This document shows, piece by piece, positions 57,457 to 64,000 of a stretch of DNA of 64,000 nucleotides (position 1 is its first letter; every line of letters starts with the position of its first letter). The notes beneath the pieces are model-generated. The model ran no database searches, was not told the DNA's origin, and saw only the letters and a list, made by a program, of their open reading frames with translations. Source of the stretch: Macrostomum lignano (taxonomy: Eukaryota); assembly GCA_002269645.1 (NCBI GenBank), contig NIVC01001957.1:62001-126000 (forward strand), in the 5' to 3' direction. The position numbers were made by a program, and so were the translations under genes.

Positions 57457-58805
57457 ATGGGCGAGCACGACCTAGTGGAAGAAGAAATTGACAAAGAATG
57501 GCAGGCGAGCGAGATTTCCTTGGAGACTCAGAGTCGAAATGGAAGCTCAAAATTGCATCCGCTTTGCTCCGCAAGCCAGGCTAATCTATCCGGCTATGCT
57601 TGGCTGATTGGGAGGCCTAACGGTACCATCAAACCGCTTATGTGCATTGCGCCGGTGCAATCAAATTGTACTCTTAGCAGTATTGCTAGCAATGATGATG
57701 CTACCATGAGCGTATTTCATTGGATTTTGATTGTCTTCCAGTGCTTGTTCGTCCTGGCCAATTTGATCTCTATGGCTGTATGGTTCCGACGAAAAGCGCC
57801 GATCCAATGGAACCGGGAGGTCAGAATTCAGCTGCTTCTATTGAGGCTATTCAGCGTTCTTGGCTTCGTTTTTTCGCTGTCGGTTGTTGGAGTGATCTGG
57901 TCGATTGGACATCCGCACGCGTACTGCACGCGGCTTTGCTAATCTACTTAGAGAACTTTATATTTGGCTTGGTGCCTACTTGCTTGCTATTTTTACCAGT
58001 GCTGAGTTTCATAACGGCCATATTTCTGATCGAGCATTCCCAGCCGTCGCGAACTGTGTTGTTCTTTAGCAGTTTTACTGGTGCTAAAGTTCTTATTCTG
58101 GTGACCCTGCTAGTTTGCATCGTTATAGAAAGCCCCGTTTTTCTATTGCACGGTTTCGTCTATTGTGAAAGTTCTGCAGGTGCCACTATATTACTGAATG
58201 AAATGTTTCTGAGGGTGCCATGGAAATTTTCGAAAGTCATTCGGATTACTTCCGAATCGATGTCACTTATTGCGTCAATTCTGGTCATTATCTTGCTATT
58301 TGTGTTCGCGTGTCTGCGCTATTGCAATAGTTGTCAAAGCCAGCCATTCGAGCAATCGGCCTCCGTATCGGCCGTCGCCTACAGTCGTCACGTGGATGAT
58401 TTGGACGAGGTCGGAGATGACGAACAGACAGAAAATGTTATAATTGACTCTGTACCATCGGTGCCAAATGCCATCCAGGTGGCTGACGAACTGCGGCTAA
58501 TCCTACTCTGGCACCAGATTTTATTCGCCGCAGGTTTTGTACTTGTAATGCTTATCTTTTTCGTCGTGCACGCATTCATCGCCATTCGGCACGACATATT
58601 TCTCATACTGGTTAGTGGCCTACTTCACCTGATAGGACAGTGCCTGTTCTTTAGCAGCCTTGTTATACTATCGCCGCTGATGAGCGCAACAGTGCGAGAT
58701 GACATCGTGTCAGTTCTAGTTGCGATCAAACGGCTGCTCCAGTCATTTATCTGCTGTCGCTGGGTGCCAGCAAGGCGTGGGGACGGCTTAAGTTTGCTGA
58801 AATAG
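57457..58805 (+). pseudogene. Orphan 7TM gene, paralog of 52911-54212, one frameshift
   Basis: ORF 57457-57942 (WLIG...KPLMC, TM1-2) continues in another frame (HAALL...SPLMSATVR) with a shift at ~57875-57925. Shared motifs IxLLLLRLF.VLGFVFS, HAAL, LHGF.YC, VAY.RH.D. Confidence 0.65.
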
Positions 58806-60397
58806 CTAATTGGTACAATACTACCTAATGCTATGTTCGAAACAGGTTATCACTTACCACTGAGGCAGAAAAGCGTAGAAAAGGTCTTCTACTTTTGTTT
58901 GGCAAGTTGAAACTCTAAATAATTACCAGTATACAGTTAAAGTACGCTCGTACGATTTAATTTGGCGTTGTGATTCGATTTGTTTTTGTGTTGATTTTAT
59001 TAATTCTAATTTGAAGGCTAAATTGTTTCTTGATTTGTATTGAATAATTTATCAGTAATATAACTTAATAAGTTCCAAAAGCCGTCAAGTCATTTAACCT
59101 CAATCTCAATAATTTTTCCTCAATAATTCAAACACATCTGATATACAAAATAATCTGAGAAGATATTTTCCTAAAGTTTTTGTTCAAGTTTTGCACTTTA
59201 AATGGCTTTTAGAGAGTTTTATCATATGATATATGATATGTTATATTTAATAAACTTTATCCACTATCAATGTAGAACTATTTTGTGTTGTAGAAAGCGT
59301 GAATCACTATCGATATTTTTTAACATGTCAACATGTATTTTATACTTTAACATTATCTGCGCATGGTAACAGTTGCCAACATGTAGCTAGCTATCCCATT
59401 CAGCCGCGAACAATATGGATTTGTGGTGTGTAAGAAGGCAGTAAAAATTTATGGAAGGAATAAAGCTGAACCCTTGGAATTTTTCACTTACCAGCTTGTT
59501 TAATTTGACAACAGCAGCAGAGGTAGAAACGCTAATCTAAACAAAATTGCCGATGGATTTTTAGATTAGCTACGAGGCACGCGTAGGTTTTAAACAAGTA
59601 GCTAAGATTATCGATTGTCGACTTGATGTAAATTCCTGCCAGCGAAAATGTCCACTTAATGGTGCGTGGGAACGCAAATCATGTGACGCATTATTGTTTA
59701 AGATTGCTAGTGACAGCTACATGTATAGCATTTTTTATCGCGTTTGGAAATTTCTGCGCAGAATTTAATTGTTGCCCTCGCTAATAACGGCCTATAGCTA
59801 TCTCTGCTAGCTTATTCTTACATTTTTCGTTATACGAGTTATGCGCGTGTAGTACTTTATTTAAATCTCGTACAGTCTTATGTAGACTATTGCATGCAGT
59901 TGGAACCATGTGACCGTATACCAGCTAAAATAAGGCTATTTTACAGATAGACTAAAACTCGACGCAAAAAGTAACTTTGTCGATCTACATATGTAGCTTA
60001 TTTCACGAACGCTCCTAAGTGTTGAAATGACCGGAGTGATTTTTTCAGCGAAGCTCCACTACTCCATGCAATTCGCACTCAACTTGATGCATGTGCTTAG
60101 TTTTACTGCGTGTTAACTGATATGTACGCCCGTAAAAATATTTATAAAAAGGATTTTTTATTTTTTAGTCTACGCATTACGTAACAACAGTGAGTATTTT
60201 ATTTGCCTTCGTTTTACTTCTTTAGAGCTACATTTTCATGTAGCTTTAAACAATTCGAAAGGTGGCTCTTATTAAATATGTACGTGTACGCGTATGCAAT
60301 ACTACTAAAAAATGGAGTACTAAAAATTGAGTAAAAATCGATTTGCGGTAGAGAAGCACTCTTAACAGATAATAGTAAGACAAAACTCAATATTATT

Positions 60398-60435
60398 TGC
60401 GACGCGTTTCGGCTAAAACTAGCCATCTTCAGGCA
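60398..60435 (-). ncRNA. Minimal type I hammerhead ribozyme (Penelope-associated)
   Basis: Minus strand: UGC-CUGAAGA-U-GGCUA(GUUU)UAGCC-GAAA-CGCG-UC-GCA. It has the core, a 5-bp stem II, a palindromic stem III, and a UGC/GCA stem I, and lies ~250 nt downstream of a GIY-YIG ORF. Confidence 0.8.
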
Positions 60436-60576
60436 CTATCGAACAGAATTTATTTCAACTTATTAAATACTGTGTAGACGACAAAATCAGGTATTGAAAA
60501 GATATAAAAGGACTAAAGGATCAATGTACAGTATAGCAATGTTCATAATATTTTTTTGTGGAATGACAGGACAGAG

Positions 60577-60584
<8 letters not shown>

Positions 60585-60648
<64 letters not shown>
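60585..60648. repeat. (AG)32 microsatellite
   Basis: Directly visible. Confidence 0.97.
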
Positions 60649-60654
<6 letters not shown>

Positions 60655-60681
60655 GCGTATGCGCCCCAAATGTACTCTAGC

Positions 60682-61137
60682 TTAGAACACCAACAGCCGT
60701 TCACTCGCACCTCCTCCAGATAGTTGGACATTGAGAATGGGTTTGTGTAACTTAATGTGCAGAGCTTCAAGAATGTTAAGTTTATGCTCATTTTTGCTGT
60801 TGTCTATGACCTTGAAATGAGAGGTTATGTCTGGCTCATCACAACAACCATGGCATTGCAGCAAATGTTCCTGAATCGGAGAGTTTCGTTGCCTATGTTC
60901 CTTGGCTCTCGTGAGTAGGTGTCGCTTGGTTTTACCAATGTAGGTAATGCTCTGGTCAACAGAGCAACGAAAACGATAGATGACACCTGCCTTGAGAGCA
61001 CATGGAACACGAGACTTTAAACTGCCAACGAATTGACTGACTTTATGAGTACGGAACACTACATGAATCTTAGTCTTAAAGAATTTTTGGCAAGTTTTGC
61101 GAATTTGCCTCTTAAACACAATCGAAGAGTTGCCCAA
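60682..61137 (-). mobile_element. 5'-truncated Penelope-like element: GIY-YIG endonuclease domain
   Basis: GVIYRFRC...YIGKTKRHLLTRAKEH...EHL..C..C...FKVI...N...L.ILEALHIKLHKPILN.Q. The RT is absent. Confidence 0.9.
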
Positions 61138-62396
61138 AAACTAACTAAACTAACTCACCAACTAAAATTTGTCTTAAAAATCGATTGACTACTCATCACT
61201 AGCTATACATTCCAATTCTACATGTATTTATTTAGATATTGCAATCATGGCAGATAAATAGTATTAAATTGTATTTATCAAGGACTACTTAAGTTATTTA
61301 GCAAAACTACTTTGCTCGTATTCCCTTGTTATTTAATGTACAGGTACATGTTTTATAAGTTAGTAGCACTGAAAACATGGACTGAAAACGAGACCGAAGA
61401 AAGAAATCCATCAACCGCATTTGTTATGAAACAATGGTCTAACTTAGTCAAGAATTACTCATCACACCATGCGTAACATTTCTAGTCGGCTGTCCGCCAA
61501 CCAGTCCGCCAACCAGTCAGTCGCCCAGCCTTGAATCGGTTCATAATCCGATCTCCAAGCTTTTTTATATTAGAAAAAAATCACATTTTTGCGATAGATA
61601 GAAAAGCACTGTTGTTTTAAAAACTAACAGCTAAAAATTGTTTCTACCATTAAAGTAGCTACATATTCACGTTAAAATATAAGAAAAAATGTTGAAAATG
61701 TTATAATGAGTAGATACGCGCCAAAATAAACAATCGATTTTCTAAAAATTTTTGCTGAATTCTATTCAAATCTCGCAGAGTTCAAATAATACTTTAAAAT
61801 TAGAAGTAGCTAGCCATCCTGAATTTCCGAGCTGACAACGCATAAAAACTGATCAACTATTAGTTGAAAAAAGTAATTTATATTATATATTTTATTCTAA
61901 AGCTTTGAAATTCGTGACATCTGGCAGTCAACATCAACATATAATAGGCATACGAGTATTAGGCTTTCATATTGGATGATATTTCTGATTCTGAAATCAA
62001 AATCAGTTTGTGAATTTTTATTTTTTAAGCTTATCATTTTTCAGATAAACTTGAGTGATTATAAATGTTTGTTAGAATATCTTCTCTAAACTAACCTTTG
62101 CAATTAACTCTTTTTTATAATAAATATAATATATAAGATATCTTAAGCTTAAAATGTCTCTTGAGAGATAAGCATACTATTAGTTTAAGCTATTTATTAC
62201 TTTTTAGCTGCTCATGTGATTTAGCAAGTTTGTCAATGGAACATTGTAGCCTTATAAGCATTTTAAATGTGTTCATAAGTACTTTAAGTCAAGACTCAAG
62301 AGTATAAAATATTTGAATTGTTTTTCTATATAAAACATGTATTTGAGATTTTAATAATTCCATCCTAGTTGTCTATGGAATTTATGTTAGTTCGCG

Positions 62397-64000
62397 ATGC
62401 TTTATCCAATGGCACACAATTTCCAACTTGGCTCTGAAAGTTCAGAAGCTGACCAAATCCGACTAGCAGCTGTGGGACTATCTAACTTCCTCGCAGCTCC
62501 ATCACCTTTGATTCAATGTGAAGAATTGTCCAGTGTGATTGGTCAAACAGTGCTGCTCAAGCTTGAACACACTTTACCTAGTGGATCATTCAAGATTCGT
62601 GGTGCATTTAATAAGATCAGCAGTGTGTTGAAGACTGCTGACCAGGATCAGGTAAAACTTAAAACATTTTTCTAATAACTTTAGCATTGAAAATTAAATT
62701 ACATGGACTATCTACCATGCTTCAAAATTCTGCAGATCTCAATTGAGCTAGGCCACTTCTTATGCAAATTGCATCACTAGTATACAAACTTTTTAGTTCA
62801 TATATAGCCCACTATAGCACAGTTTATACTATAAACAAGTATGTTTTTGTCTATTAAAGCTATTAAAAAAGACTTCCTTTTCATCGTAAATGGCCCAACA
62901 ATGGGGTTTGTACCCTGTGGAACAGTAGTGCAAAGCACCCTTAAGATGGATTTTACCACTGACAAAACGTAATGGAAACATCTGGCTAGAGTACACAGCC
63001 AAGAGATAAGAATTCGGCCCATCATTACTAGATTTGCACATTAGTTCTGTATGTGTATGTTTTGATCTCTACAAAATGAAATAATAACAAGCGTCACGTG
63101 GGCATTCTAATTTCTGTGAGCAGAAACCGCAGTTTGTTACCAGTAGCGCTGGCAACCACGTGCTCGCCTGCTGTCACGTGTGGCAGCAGCTGGGGGTGTC
63201 GGGCAGCGCGGTTTTCGTCCCCACCACGGTGGCCCCGGCCAAGGAGGCAAAACTCGCTCGGCTGCACGAGGCTGGCCTCATTCGGCTCAGCAAAGTCGGC
63301 CGCGAGTGCCTGGAAACCGAGCTGGCAGGTCGCGAGTTCGCTCTCCGCTGTCCCGGCTCAGTGTACGTGCCGCCCTACTCGGACTGGGAGGTCATCCGAG
63401 GTCAGGGCTCGGCCGCGTTCGAGCTGCTCCCAGACCCGACTGGGACCGGCTGGGCCGGGCAGCTGTCCGCCAACTCCGATTGGCTGGCGGCTGGTCACGT
63501 GACTCTGCTTGTGCCGACGGGTGGCGGCGGCCTATTGGCTGGCGTGGCTCTGTGCGCCAAGCTGGGCCGGAGCGGCCTGCGGACGACTGTGATTGGCTGC
63601 CAGCCCGAGGCGGACCAGGTGCTGGCCAAGTCTGTGCAGGTAGGCCTTATCTTAATTTGCTTATCAATAATTAGCAGGATTCAAATAGTAAAGGTTGTCT
63701 CAGTTCCAAACAAGTTTCTATTGGCTGAGAGCGAGTCACGTGATACAGAATTGTAGCAGATGGCACCGTGATTGTAAAACACACCATAAAGAATTCTCAG
63801 TGAGATAATTACCTGATAATTACATTTATTATCGAGGCCGGTCGACTTCTAAGCTACGACGAGGCCGGTTCGCGCGAGACGGTTGCGCAGGGTACGGCTG
63901 GCGCTGTAGAAGACGGCTCGCCGACCTTTGAAGTTTGCCGCCAGCACGTGGACCGCTGGTGCTCGGTGACGGAGCAGGAGATCGCCTGGGCCTGCCTTCG
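62397..64000 (+). CDS. PLP-dependent serine/threonine dehydratase / serine racemase-like (fold type II), partial
   Basis: Exons 62397-62651, 63124-63639 and ~63837 to beyond 64000. Motifs LKLEHTLPSGSFKIRGA (PLP lysine), SSAGNH, GQGSAAFE, VPTGGGGLLAG, GCQPE, TVAQG, VTEQEI. Confidence 0.9.

Overview
Animal (eukaryotic) genomic DNA with spliceosomal GT-AG introns. The GC-rich exons and minisatellite-stuffed introns resemble a free-living flatworm such as Macrostomum, but the taxon is inference only. Host genes: two tandem intronless GT31 beta-1,3-galactosyltransferases (the first partial); a 4-exon class I SAM methyltransferase (minus strand); an ankyrin-repeat gene that appears to splice into a disabled Mab-21/cGAS-like (cGLR) nucleotidyltransferase; a 12-exon P4-ATPase ATP9; COQ6; two divergent orphan 7TM-like genes, each disrupted; and a PLP-dependent serine/threonine dehydratase-like gene running off the end. 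Mobile DNA: a decayed Ngaro/DIRS-type tyrosine-recombinase retroelement, a young LOA/R1-type LINE with a 13-bp TSD plus two older fragments, an internally deleted mariner with ~193-bp TIRs, three 8-bp-TSD MITE-like elements, four tRNA-headed CORE-like SINEs, and a Penelope GIY-YIG fragment with a hammerhead ribozyme. The most notable observations are the ANK-cGLR fusion locus, a different minisatellite in nearly every ATP9 intron, and a ~2-kb near-CpG-free tract in ATP9 intron 1. Exon models, counts and family assignments were read by eye; no searches were run.
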